Assembly: GCF_021869535.1 (NCBI RefSeq)
Contig: NW_026262668.1
Coordinates: 139,500,001-139,564,000, forward strand
Direction: 5' to 3'
Length of the DNA stretch: 64,000 bases
From: Mytilus californianus
Taxonomy: Eukaryota
Shown here: piece after piece, positions 38,701 to 49,851 of the stretch
How positions within the stretch are numbered: position 1 is the stretch's first letter
Layout: each line of letters starts with the position of its first letter
Made by a program: the position numbers and the translations under genes
The notes under the pieces: generated by a model
Database searches by the model: none
Told to the model about the DNA's origin: nothing
What the model saw: the letters and a program-made list of their open reading frames with translations, nothing else

Positions 38701-41011
38701 CATCTTCTTTTTTAATTGGTAAATACAGTTTGTACATGTATCCTGACAAAGTGATTAAATCAAAGATCTGTTAATGCAGAGTAAGATGAAAAAGAAAACA
38801 GCATGATCAATAATATTAGGGCATGTAGGTAAAAGGGATGTAAGAAAGCTTTCAACAAGACACACATCTTGTTTGCGTAGTTCTAAGACAGTCATAGATA
38901 AAAATAAAACTAGGAATAAACATGGGACAAGACACTATTGGGGTCTTAATGGGCAGGTTTATCTTGCTTGATTTACATGTACTGGTATATGTCCATACAT
39001 ATGTTCATATTTTCCCTTACAATGTGAAACAATGAAATTTACTCCAAAAACTTGGTGTCATGCTGCAATCTGATTAATGATCAAGGAGAAAGTGATTTCC
39101 GCAATGAAATCTAAAAGATAAATTGTGTGAACTAAGAACGCGATTCTGAACGGGATTGTAACCTAAATTATTAATTTTACGTAAAAAATCTACTTGTTTT
39201 GTATATCTCTTTTTTTTAATATAAAACTCAAATTTCCTCAAGTCATGAAAAAATGAAAATTTAGTTTACCTCATTAAATAATTGGACATTCAATAACAGG
39301 TGCCCCGATTACGTTACGTGACTTTACATCGACGTTTTCTCATTATGACGTTAACCGCCTTCAGCCTGGAAATGTCATGGCGGGTCACATATGTACTACG
39401 ATTTATAGAAAACTGTAGAATTGAAAAGAGTTTTAGGACTATAGAATATTTAAAACCAAGTGAACTATTAAAATCAATTGAGGTATGGACCCGAAATTGT
39501 CAGTAGACGACTTTTGCTACGGAATATCATGCATTGAAATACAACAGTAAAACACGGTACAGTTTACCGAGAATCAGACAATTAAGATTATTTCTTGACG
39601 ACAGGAGCATCATCAGATGTGGAGGGAGAATTCTGAATGCGCCCTTATCGGAGTCCACATAATTTCTGTATATTTTACCTAACGATCATACAATTTCGAA
39701 ACTTATTATTTTAGAAGCTCATGAAAGAATTTGTCATTCCGGAGTAAATGACACAATTGTACACGTTAAACAAAGTTTTTGGATACCTGCAATTCGACAG
39801 TTTGTACGAAAAATTCTTAGGAAATGTTGAAAGGTGATTGGCCAACCATATGCAGCACCGGATCCACTGCCATTATCTGAGATTCGTCTACAAGAAGCTG
39901 ACCCCTTTACAGCTACAGGGATAGATTTCACAGGCGCATTACAAGTAAAGGATAATGGTAATTTCGTGAAGAAAGCCTACATATGTTTATTCACTAGCAC
40001 ATCTACGAGAGCGATACTTCTTGAAGTTGTTACAAATTTATCAGAAGAAACATTTTTCACAAGCTTTTCGGGACTTTTCACGCAGAAAATCGTTACTGAA
40101 AATGGTTATGATAGATAATGATTGTACTTTTGTATCCGCTTCAGAAGACATTAAACAAATTTGTAATTTGTAAGTGTAAAGAGACATTAGCAGCACAAGG
40201 AACCGACTGATTTTTTATCCCGAAACGAACTCCTTTGTTTGGGGATGGTTGGATCGTCTTATTGGAATGACGAAAACGAATTTGAAAAAGGTCCTCTGAA
40301 GATCGCTTGTAAATTTAGAGACTCTCCAGACAATCGTTATAGAGAAAGAATCCGTCTTAAATGATCGGCCCTTAACATATGTTTCTTCAGACCCGGTGGA
40401 TCTTGAACCGCTTACCCCAGCTCATTTTCTTTATGAACGTCGGATAAATACATTACCGTACAGCAATAAAACTTGAAATTGACATGTTTAATGAGACATT
40501 TATGAGCAAAACAAATTTTATAAAACGTGTTCAAAGACAATAATTACTGTTACAACAATTCTTGAACCGATGGAAAACAGAATATTTGACGTCACTGCGT
40601 GAATTTCACAAGAAGCAAATCCACGATAATCAGAATAGGCGATATTGCTCAAATTCATGATGACAATCGAAGAATTATGTGGAAAACCGACATTGTAGAA
40701 AACCTAACCAAAGGAAACGATGGACTAGTTGGTTCGGCTATAATTCTAACCAAAAACTTGAACTACTTCACGTCCGATCGTCAAGTTATATCCTCTCGAA
40801 CTTTGTACGGACATCAAAACATCAGAGGACGAAGAAGCTCAACACAAGGAGGAATCAAGTGCGACAACAAGGCGGATATTGCCAAACCGAGAGGCAGCCA
40901 GAAGAGCTAGGAAAAGATGGTCTGAATAATGCGTTACTAATGAACTGTTGTGATTTATTATGGACTGGTACGAAAATGTTTGATTATAATTTACTTACTG
41001 AAAAAACCGAT

Positions 41012-41062
<51 letters not shown>

Positions 41063-44000
41063 AAAACCATACATAGTCGGAAATATTTGTGATATGACGT
41101 ATAAATGTAGTGTTTTGTACTTCCTAAATTTGTCTTTGAAACAATCTTTTTTCCACAGAAAACGCCAATTTTTGAGAAAATATCCAAATTCGGAGACCAT
41201 TATCGATCCGTGTCTTATACGTTTTCGCGCATGCTCATTCGACGTACTGCCCGCGAATTACAAGTGAAAGTAAGAAGAAAGGATATAAGATCCTGTATTG
41301 TATTGTAAGACTTACATTAAAAGTGCATCATTTTGCTATATTAAACGACATCCACCCTTTTCACTCAGGTGCAGAACTGTCCAAAAATGAAAAATGGGCG
41401 TTGAATGTGTCGAAGTGATCCTCCCCCTTTTTATGTGTAAACACAGCCACCTTTGACACTTTTTGTTTCAACACTTTGTTTCGCCCATTTGTACCGCAAT
41501 TTCGCGGGCATCTTCTAGTATGATACTATTTCATTGACTATAAGTATGTGAACAATAGATTTAATTTCGTTAATGATTCAACGTTTGTGGCCCTTTATTA
41601 GAAATTTTTATTCCCCTTTAATTAACTTGCATTTTTTGTTTCTATATTCTTATGTTCAATACTTTAGATTTCAATTTTGTCTAAGGACATAGAAGGTTCT
41701 GTTGATAATATCACCATGCATATTACCAACAATTACCATCCTGCACATTTCAGAAGACGTAGAGAAACACAAGACGTTCTAAACTTTGATATAAAAATAC
41801 ATACCCTGTTATATTTCAAAACTTGATGTGCGCCAAAATTTACGTCGTGGTCAAGGTAAACACTGAATGCGATACCACCAGAACCAGCTAGTTGAAATGT
41901 AAAATTATTGAATAAACATATAAAGTGATGTGGAATAAAATAAATATTAGGATAACTTTAATGTGACAGCAAGTAGAGAAATTCTTTATTGTAGTTGTTA
42001 TGATTATTAAGTCATTTATCGGGAAACGAAATGCCGAATTTTGAAGAATAATTGAAAGAATAAGTCCTACTTGGTTTTCCCTAAAAAGAATGGCTAACTT
42101 AAATACAAATATCTGGTTTAAGGAAGAGATCAATCATACTAAATAAAAAACCACCATGATTCAAACAAGAAATTTTCTGAAACTGACAATTTTGATTTCT
42201 TGATTAACAACGTTTTGGTTGCGTTTGAAGAAGGACGAGTTTTGCAACCATCTATCGGCATTCCTATTGGAACCAACTGTTCTACTCTTCTTACCGACTT
42301 GTTTCACTATTCATCTGAGGTAAACGTCATACATAATCTTTTCAGCAAGAATGAAAAGAACCTAGAATTATTCATTTATTTCACGTTCTGCTGTATAGAG
42401 GAAGTCCTCTAATTACAGTTACGTTTTTCTTATATCTTGACTTACATCTAGAAATTGACGAAGAGGGCTGGTAGGGAACAAAATTTTACGACAACAGAAA
42501 GATAATTTGAGCTTCTTAATTGTGGACTTTGCATTTCTATGTAGCGTTTCTTATCATGATTTCCTTGATAGGAGGTTGTTGCTTACAAGGAAGCTATCGA
42601 TCCAAGAGTTCTAAGTGGAAACGCTGAAATCAACATCTCGAAAGAGAAATCAAGAGTTGATTGATCGTTACGGAATATTTTCCAATTGTCGTAACCACAA
42701 TCATGTCCCTTTTTCCTCGATTGAGATTTATCCCCGAATTTGTACTACCATGAGTAACTTGACAAGCAAGATCTGCTTATCATTCCGAAGTAACTGCTAT
42801 CACTCCCCACTTTATGGTGAGGTTCTTGTTGATCAGGTTTTAGTTTTTTACGCAGTGTTTTGTGGTCTTTTCGTCATTGTCATACCGTCGACTTATGATT
42901 AAATGCCCCCTTGGTATCTTCCGCCCTTTTCATCGACTGTATATATATGTACATTTAACTGACTGCACCCGAGTATGTTCACTTGTAGCGGATAAAGAGC
43001 TTTCGTCAAAATATAGTGTAACAATAAAAAGACGTTTTCCTTTTTCAGTAAGTTATTGTTGCATGGCAAAGTGTAGTTTATTCTCTATGAAAGGTTATCC
43101 TGAGAATGTTAGCCGTTTTTAAGACCACAGGATCAATTAGAAAGTGATTTAGCAACACAACCAAACTAAAGTTAAATCTAGACGTCAACAAAAGTTCTTC
43201 ATTAAATGACAAACTTCTGACCATATATATAGTATCAAAATAGTGCTGCGTTAGACAAGTTGTGAATGATTTCCAAAGAGCATCAAAGTATCAATTTTGT
43301 AATGTCTTTTTGACTACAGAATGTTTTAAAAATACTGAACTCCGAGGAAAATTCAAAACGGAAAGTCTCTAATCAAATGGCAAAATCAAAAGCACAAACA
43401 CATCAAACGAATAGACAACAACTGTCATATTCCGGACTTAGTACAGGCATTTTCTTGTGTAGAAAAGAAAGGAATAAATATGGTGCATTAATTCATAAAG
43501 TTATATTCTTTTGACAAACATTCCTAACTTGCTCATTTCATTGTTGGTATAAACGCAAATAAAATAGCAACCTAACAACACAAATTCACCCCAAACGGGC
43601 ATTGAATGCATCAGATATTTGTCAAATCTATTTACCTCTCCATAAAATTTCGTAAGCATGATATCTATAGGCAGATTTTGTATCAAAAATATCTACGAGG
43701 GTATGTTTTTGTGTTATGTGGTACTCAATCTCTCAGCTGCTCACCTCTACCACAAAAAAGTCGAAATGCCGTCCCCCTAGAAATTAATGAAATATTACAA
43801 CTAGTTATAAGTTCATTATATACATTAAAGTAGAACAAGATGCCAACTTCTTACCTTGAAGAAGTCTCCTGTTTAGTTTATTCCTTAAAATACTAGTGTG
43901 ATTTAAAGACTGGTTTGTTTTTTGGACTGAATCATTAACATGTAACACCCTGCCAGCCTGTTCCTTCTCGTCCATGGGTATGTAATTAGCAATATGTTCA

Positions 44001-46249
44001 TGCTGCATTGACTGTGAGTTCTTCACGTTTTGGTTAATATCCGTCCCAGCTTTTATTTTGGTTTTCTCGTTGTCAAAATCCTTGAGTACTTTTTGCATAT
44101 TCTTCAAGTTACCAATTTCAATAGCTTGGTCCTTGATTACTTTCCGCAGTTCCTCAAGTTCTGTTTTTTGAATGGTTTGATCCTTAATAAATTTCCGCAA
44201 TTCCACAAGTTCAGTTTTTTGATTGGCTTGATCTTTGATTACTTTCCACAGCTCCTGAAACTCAGCTTTTTGGTTGGCTTGATCCTTGATTACTTTCCGC
44301 AGCTCCTCAAGTTCAAATTTTTGATTTACTTTATTCTTGATTACTTTCTGAAGCTCCTGAAGTTCAGCTATTTGATTGGCTTGATTCTCGATTTGTTTCT
44401 GCTGCAACACAATGTTAGCTTCATGAATCCTAAATGAATATAAAGAAATAAAGTGAAAGCTATTACTGTAAACATTTCTTATTTGTCATTTTCTTGTATA
44501 TCAATGTCATTAGACACAATTATATTAAAGACATTATTTTACTTATTATTTCAAATATAAAAATAAGAAGATGTGGTATGAGTGCCAATGAGTCAACTAT
44601 CCACAAGAGACCAGTTGACTGGATGTAAGCATCTACAGGTCAAAGTACGACTTTTAGCAATGAGGAAAACATATACCGTATATTAAGGCTCCGGCATGAT
44701 AAAATGTAAAACAATTCAAACTAGAATGAACGTCTAAATGCTAATATGCTTTATGCTGCCATTGGTTAATCTCAAACCTTTTTATAGTCTTTTCATTTCT
44801 TCGACTGAGAGTATTTATAAAATTACTGAGCTGCTCTAATTTTTGTAAGTGGCGTGATTTCCAATTTTACTACATATCAAACAACAAAGATCTATAAAAT
44901 AAAGGTTCAAAAATTGACCTACAGGACTCCGATCCTTTACTACAAAAAAACAACAACAAAAAACAAATCAATAAAAGGATGGAGAGAAATTATGTACTGA
45001 TTTGAATTTCAAGTATTTCTACTTTTAAAGCATTACTGTTGTACTTATTCTTTATAGTAGGATGGAAAAATGAGATTATCAAAAGTACTCCTGATCCTGA
45101 AAGAAGTTTATTCAAACAGAGAAAGCTGCCTGATGACGATTTTAACTTGAAATGCGATATCATTGTTCTGGTTTATCTTTGTTTTTCTAACCTCCGCCCC
45201 TTCCGGGCGGAAAACTGCAACAAAGATTGAAAAAAAAATATCACTTCTTAAACTATTGTTTCTAAAGCGCCTTTCTTGATTAACCTTCATCATGATGTAA
45301 ATAATCCTTGAATACTTGAGGAGTAACATGACCAAAAAGAACTAAAAATAATATCTAAATTCTGTGTTGATGATACCTCTGGGACTATAACCAACAGCAG
45401 CAGTATTGACTCAGTGTCAGAAATTAAAAATAACGCTCTATAACTATTTTGCACCACGAGTGCTTTTATGAATTTACCTTCATTAGGAGCGGCAGTATGC
45501 GTTTACGTTTTGCCGAATATAGATATTAAAACAAGAACAATCTAATAGAAAAATATCTCGTTGTAATTTTCCTCAATCAAAGAATTGTCCCATGACTCAC
45601 AAAGTTTCTACAGACACATTAATCGCGTATAATCTTAAACATGTTGTAGAAACTAATGCTTCATTGTCTAGAAGGGCCTAACCTTCTTGGTGGTATCGTG
45701 GTAGCTTGTTCACCTCGAGTGCGGGAGGTCACGGGTTCGAAACCAGACAGGGTCAAAACAAAGACGTGGCTTTAAGAGCAAAGACTGATCGACTCGGAGT
45801 CAGAATAATGTGTCCGGGTAGAGTGAGATGTCTTCCTGTGGACTGCTTCGTTAAATATCCTGCTCAGTTTGTCGGTCTAGTACAAAGCAGGGTAAATATT
45901 CATATAACATCAACATATTCTCGTCCTGAATATGCATTTGATTTGCCACAGGACGTTGAACAACCATTTAACATCATCATCTAGGAGGGCTAATTAAAAA
46001 ATGTACATTTATTTACTATTGTACTGTTGAAATACAATGAGGCATGAACGTAAAATTATGCGTAGGCTTAATATTTTGTAATTAATATATCAGTTTTTAT
46101 TCTTACCTTTGTTTATCTAGAATTTCTGTAATCGGTTGATTTAAAACAAAGCCATCCTTTTCTTTTTCAGCTTGTAAAGGTAATATTGAAAGAGAATAAA
46201 TTATGGTAAAAAAAAGGATAGCGTATGCAGGAAAAGATATGTCGACCAT
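32405..46249 (-). CDS. C1q-A: secreted coiled-coil + globular C1q domain protein, 377 aa; complement(join(32405..32737,41805..41887,43855..44429,46107..46249))
   Basis: Four GT-AG exons splice in frame (143+575+83+333 = 1134 nt) with no internal stop. Signal-peptide-like N-terminus, coiled coil, and gC1q motifs IAFSVYL, IITNEGNGY..TGSFTCPESGMY, GGNTVIIRLKAGDVV, SFSG. Confidence 0.9.
34360..34900 (-). mobile_element. Decayed Penelope-like RT C-terminus fragment, abutting the Pao LTR
   Basis: ttagtttaatagcttcctggtaagcagc and ggaaatcatgata match the minus-strand fragment at 47630-48290. Confidence 0.5.
34932..40960 (+). mobile_element. Decayed Bel/Pao LTR retrotransposon (gag DUF1759, CCHC knuckle, protease, RT, Pao RNase H, integrase, DUF5641-like C-terminus)
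   Basis: 5' LTR-like TGTCGAG...CCCGACA (34932-35098) followed by PBS-like aaggtgccacgaccggg. Translations: RLPKLSLP..WQTFWDSY..EKFNYLKSQL; VLFDEGAQRAF; RIVYDCS..SLNDCL; YRF..ILFG..CSPF; HIFVDAS..AYGAV..MAKSRVAPLK; PF..TGIDFTG..KAYICLFT..RAILLEVV. Many stops, frameshifts and deletions; no 3' LTR found. Confidence 0.93.
41805..41887 (-). CDS. C1q-A exon 3 (AGSGGIAFSVYLDHDVNFGAHQVLKYNR)
   Basis: caactag acceptor, agg|gtatgt donor, 83 nt; first strand of gC1q; homologous to 51127..51203. Confidence 0.9.
42170..42925 (+). mobile_element. Decayed Penelope-like RT C-terminal half plus 3' UTR
   Basis: INNVLVAF..GRVLQPSIGIPIGTNCSTLLTDLFHYSSE aligns to RT 61709..62401 (GIPMGTNCAPLLTDLFLFSYE). Confidence 0.8.
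43855..44429 (-). CDS. C1q-A exon 2, coiled coil with five 17-aa repeats, ends RRLLQG
   Basis: catttag acceptor, cttcaag|gtaaga donor; corresponds to ORF 43805..44410. Confidence 0.9.
45682..45979 (+). mobile_element. tRNA-derived SINE in C1q-A intron 1
   Basis: A-box-like TGGTATCGTGG, B-box GGTTCGAAACC (45734-45744), flanked by degenerate TSD tctagaagggcctaa / tctaggagggctaa. Central part resembles CORE-type bivalve SINEs (from memory, unverified). Confidence 0.8.
46107..46249 (-). CDS. C1q-A exon 1 (MVDISFPAYAILFFTIIYSLSILPLQAEKEKDGFVLNQPITEILDKQR)
   Basis: ATG in aaaATGg context, hydrophobic signal peptide, caaag|gtaaga phase-2 donor identical in type to C1q-B exon 1. Confidence 0.85.
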
Positions 46250-47629
46250 TTTAGTTTATTTGTGACTCAAACATTCTTATCTCGTTATATTCAGTATATA
46301 AAAGAGATCTGTGTTGTCAACAGGCAACGTATCGTATATTCTCTTACGAATATGAGGTATATAACATCATGATTACTGTATGAAAACGTGGCTATAGTTC
46401 CGTTGACCCACATTTGGTTAATCTGGTATAAAACTTCGTCCTTCATTTGTTTTTGCTTCTGTTCTGTTGACTTGTTAGAGTTGTTGTCATAACAAAATAA
46501 TAAGGACCTGTGGTATGAATGCCACGATAAAGATCAGAGGACGAATATGTTAACAATAACAGGTCACTGTACGGACTTAAACAATGAGCAAAATTTATAC
46601 CGTTTAGTAAGCTATACAAGACCAAGGGGTGGCAAAATGTGAAACACTTAAAACGAAAAAACTAACAGTCTGATTATATTACAACAATAAACGAAAAGAA
46701 TTATGGTAGACTGCGACCAATGACATCCACTGCATTACAAATTCCTTGGTTTGGACAGGCACATAAAGAGTATTGAGGGGTTTTACACGTTTGTGCGAGC
46801 TTTATCCCACTATCCTGGAACACTGGAAGCTAGTCCAAAGTTCAATTTCAACTTTTGAATGAACCATTTTCTCACAGACTGAAATGTCAACAGTCACATC
46901 CTCCATTGCTTTATTGTATACAGATGCCATAAGCAGTCGGAGAAATACAAGTATAGATAGATGAATGTAAAACAAGTATTAACACGGATAGCAATACATG
47001 TTCCGTTGTCTTCTAAACAATTAAAAAAACAAAATCAATGTTAGTACCGACAAAGATAATATTTAAAAACCTTACTACGGCGCTAAACATATACAATAAG
47101 TGTATAAATATATCTCAATTTAATTACGAGCTTTATAAACAACATCATCATTAAAGTTAGAATGCAATATCTCTTTGTTTTTAAAATTATGCTCGTCTAC
47201 CGAATTGCAAGCGGTTAACAACATGTGATGGGAATTATGTTTCCACAAGATGTTATCAACATTTTTGAACCAATGGAATATACCGCAAAGTCCAATTGTT
47301 TGATCATTTACAAGGTAGCCAAAAGCAAATTCATTGGAAATTGAAATCAGATACATTCATCACAGTAGATATCTTTAAATGAATTATATGAATTAAGAGG
47401 AAATCTGTATTAAAATTCAATAAAACAGCAATCAATCAATACTCTTCCCTTTTAAAAGTCAGTTTTTTTTTCAATCATGCTTTGCTCTGCGCTTCTCTTT
47501 TAATAATAAGTTGTTTTTCTGTACGCTATGCTCTGCTCTTCTCTTGTAAATGTAAGTTTTCCCTCTATTTAAGCTATGTTCTGCTCAACTCTTTTTGATG
47601 CTAGCTTTTCTCTATTTCAGCTTTTCTTT

Positions 47630-48290
47630 GTTCTTCTCTCTTTTAAAAGCGAGGCGAAAGATACCAAAGGGACATTCAAACTCATAAATCGAAAATAGAC
47701 TGACAACGCCATTGCTGAAAAGAAAATGACCAACAGAAAAAACAACAGTTCACAAAACACAACATAGAAAACTAGACTGAGCAACACGAACCCCACCAAA
47801 AACTGGGGGGAGGGGGGGGGGGTGATCTGAGGTGCTCCGGAAGGGTAAGCAGATCCTGCTCCACATGTGGCATCCGTCGTATTGCTCATGTAAGTACAAC
47901 CCTGGTGATAAGTCTAATTCGGTAGGTCACATTCAGGGAAAAAGGGGACGGCATTGTAGTTACGATAATTGGAACATATCTGTCGTCATCTGTGAAACAG
48001 ATATTTCTTAAAACGTAAACCAATTCGTGATGGCGTCCGTAAAGTTTCCGAAAGGACAGTTTTATCCCTTGGAACTCTTGGTTTAACAGCTTCCTCGTAA
48101 GAAGCAACCCTCTATCAAGGAAATCCTGATAGGAAATACAAGCCCTGAAATATCGTATCGACTGGGAGATATATATTCCGTATGCGGCACTGCTGGAATG
48201 GTGCTACATAGAAATGGAAAGTTCACAATGGGAAGCTGAAATCATCTCTTGTCGTAAGGTTTTGTTTTCATCCGACCCTCTTTATAGTGG
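47630..48290 (-). mobile_element. Penelope-like RT C-terminus plus 3' UTR fragment
   Basis: The minus strand encodes DDF.FPIVNFPFLCSTIPAVP.YG.YISQ.IRY; the 3' end ...ccctttggtatctttcgcc is shared with 42900-42925. Confidence 0.75.
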
Positions 48291-48482
48291 AAAGTGAAGT
48301 TACAGGATACTGCTAACTTCTTTTCCTTCTTCCTAAGAAAGTTTTCTCTATTTAAGCGATGATCTGCTCTTCACTTTAAAATGAAAGTTTTTTCTCTATT
48401 TAAGCATCGCTAATTCGAGGGTAAATTATTTAAAGATAATGCTTTCATAAAGTGCATTTCAAAGATCAAAATGATTGTTTAA

Positions 48483-49421
48483 AGGGGCATTAGCTACGAG
48501 ATATAAAAAAAATTAGAATATGATTTTTTATTGTTCAATCATTAATGAAAGAGGAATAGTGAAATAAAAATAAATCTCTTTTAGCAGCCAGTTCGATCCA
48601 ATTTGTCAAAATAAGTTAAGAAATATCGCTGCAAGTGAATATTTGGACCTCATTAAATCCGTATTCAAGTGACCTTTTATTTAACTCCTTAGCTAGAAAT
48701 GGGATACACATGAACTAGGCGTGTTTAAATATTAAAAGGAAAAGAATGTCAACATTGAAAGTGAAACAAGGGTAAATTATTTGGTTTACTTATTCGATCC
48801 ACAAAACTTTATTCTTATACAGATAACCAACGATGATAAAAATATATGTTTAACCTATAATATGAAATCAAACAGACCTAGAAAAATCCAATTGCACGTG
48901 TTCGCTGTTTTTTTATATATATATTTATGTTTAAATCGGGTTATATGACCGTCAGTAGTCTTCGGAGGTCACCTTGATGGTTAATTAGATGGCATCTAGA
49001 CTAAAACACACACGAAATACGGATACATACATTCGTGCAGGGGCCTCGGTGGCCGAGTGGTCTAAGTAGTCGAACTACTGTATCACAAGCCAGTCAACAC
49101 TGAGGTTGTGAGTCCGAATCCCGCACGGGGCAGGTGCACTCGACTCCAATCTTAATTGACTAGGATTGTCAGTTTTCCTACCGAAGGTTGGTGGTTCTCT
49201 CCGGGCACTCCGACTTCCTTCACCTATAAAAACTGACCGCCACGAAATAGCGCAATATTGCTGAAAGTGGCGTTAAACACCAGTCAATCAATCATTCAAT
49301 ACTATATTGCATTGTTAATTGTTCATTTTAGACTTTTTGTAAGTTGATATACGTTTTAATAGGTTACAAATTAAATATGAGAATTTGAGTCAAATCGGTG
49401 AATTTGACAGTTAATGCCCCG
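48483..49421 (+). mobile_element. TTAA-flanked MITE (Kolobok-like), copy 2, with nested SINE
   Basis: TTAA|AGGGGCATTAGC ... GTTAATGCCCCG|TTAA; colinear with 19458-20149 except for an extra ~260 bp. Confidence 0.85.
49039..49300 (+). mobile_element. Full-length tRNA-derived SINE
   Basis: A box TGGCCGAGTGG (49050), B box GAGTCCGAATCC (49110), core ggttctctccgggcactccgacttcct resembling V/Meta-type SINE cores (from memory), (CAAT)n tail. Confidence 0.88.
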
Positions 49422-49515
49422 TTAAGGTTGAATTACAATGAAATAGCATACATGTGCAATAACCGAACAAATTAATTTATAAAGAATTTAATGTATGCTT
49501 TCGTATAAATCTTAT

Positions 49516-49851
49516 TCAGGAATAAAGCATGAAACCGGAGAATGAAGTGAGGCGTAGACCTGTCGCACCTTCCACATGACCACCGCTGTCCTCGTGTTGA
49601 GTGATGATAACATCTCCAGCTTTCAGACGAATGATAACTGTATTTCCACCCTGTAGATCCTGTGTGTAATGAGGCGCATCCACCACTGCATCTATAATGT
49701 TCACATTGTTTACCTTCAGGTAGATGTATGCCCCCTGAGGTGATAACCCGCCTCTCTCTCCTATATAAAACGACAGCAAGTACATTCCGCTCTCCGGGCA
49801 AATAAAAGCTCCAGTGTTCAAGTTGTATCCACCACCTTCATTGGTGATAAT
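49516..49851 (-). CDS. C1q-B exon 4, globular C1q domain, stop TGA
   Basis: gttttag acceptor; IITNEGGGYNLNTGAFICPESGMY...SFSGFMLYS*; ATTAAA 24 nt after the stop (49487-49492), the same offset as in C1q-A. Confidence 0.95.
   Translation of the reverse strand: MITNEGGGYNLNTGAFICPESGMYLLSFYIGERGGLSPQGAYIYLKVNNVNIIDAVVDAPHYTQDLQGGNTVIIRLKAGDVIITQHEDSGGHVEGATGLRLTSFSGFMLYS

Noticed and set aside
40900-41100. 3' LTR of the Bel/Pao element
   Set aside because: No sequence resembling 34932-35098 and no polypurine tract found; the element appears 3'-truncated.
44030-44437. 135-aa hydrophobic plus-strand ORF
   Set aside because: Antisense shadow of the Q/K/E-rich repeats in C1q-A exon 2.
45193-45211. 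GC-rich hairpin TCCGCCC-cttcc-GGGCGGA as a Helitron terminator
   Set aside because: No CTRR end at the expected distance on either strand and no matching 5' TC end identified.
49039-49130. tRNA gene (also 45682-45760)
   Set aside because: A and B boxes are present, but I could not fold a cloverleaf and each continues into a SINE body and tail.
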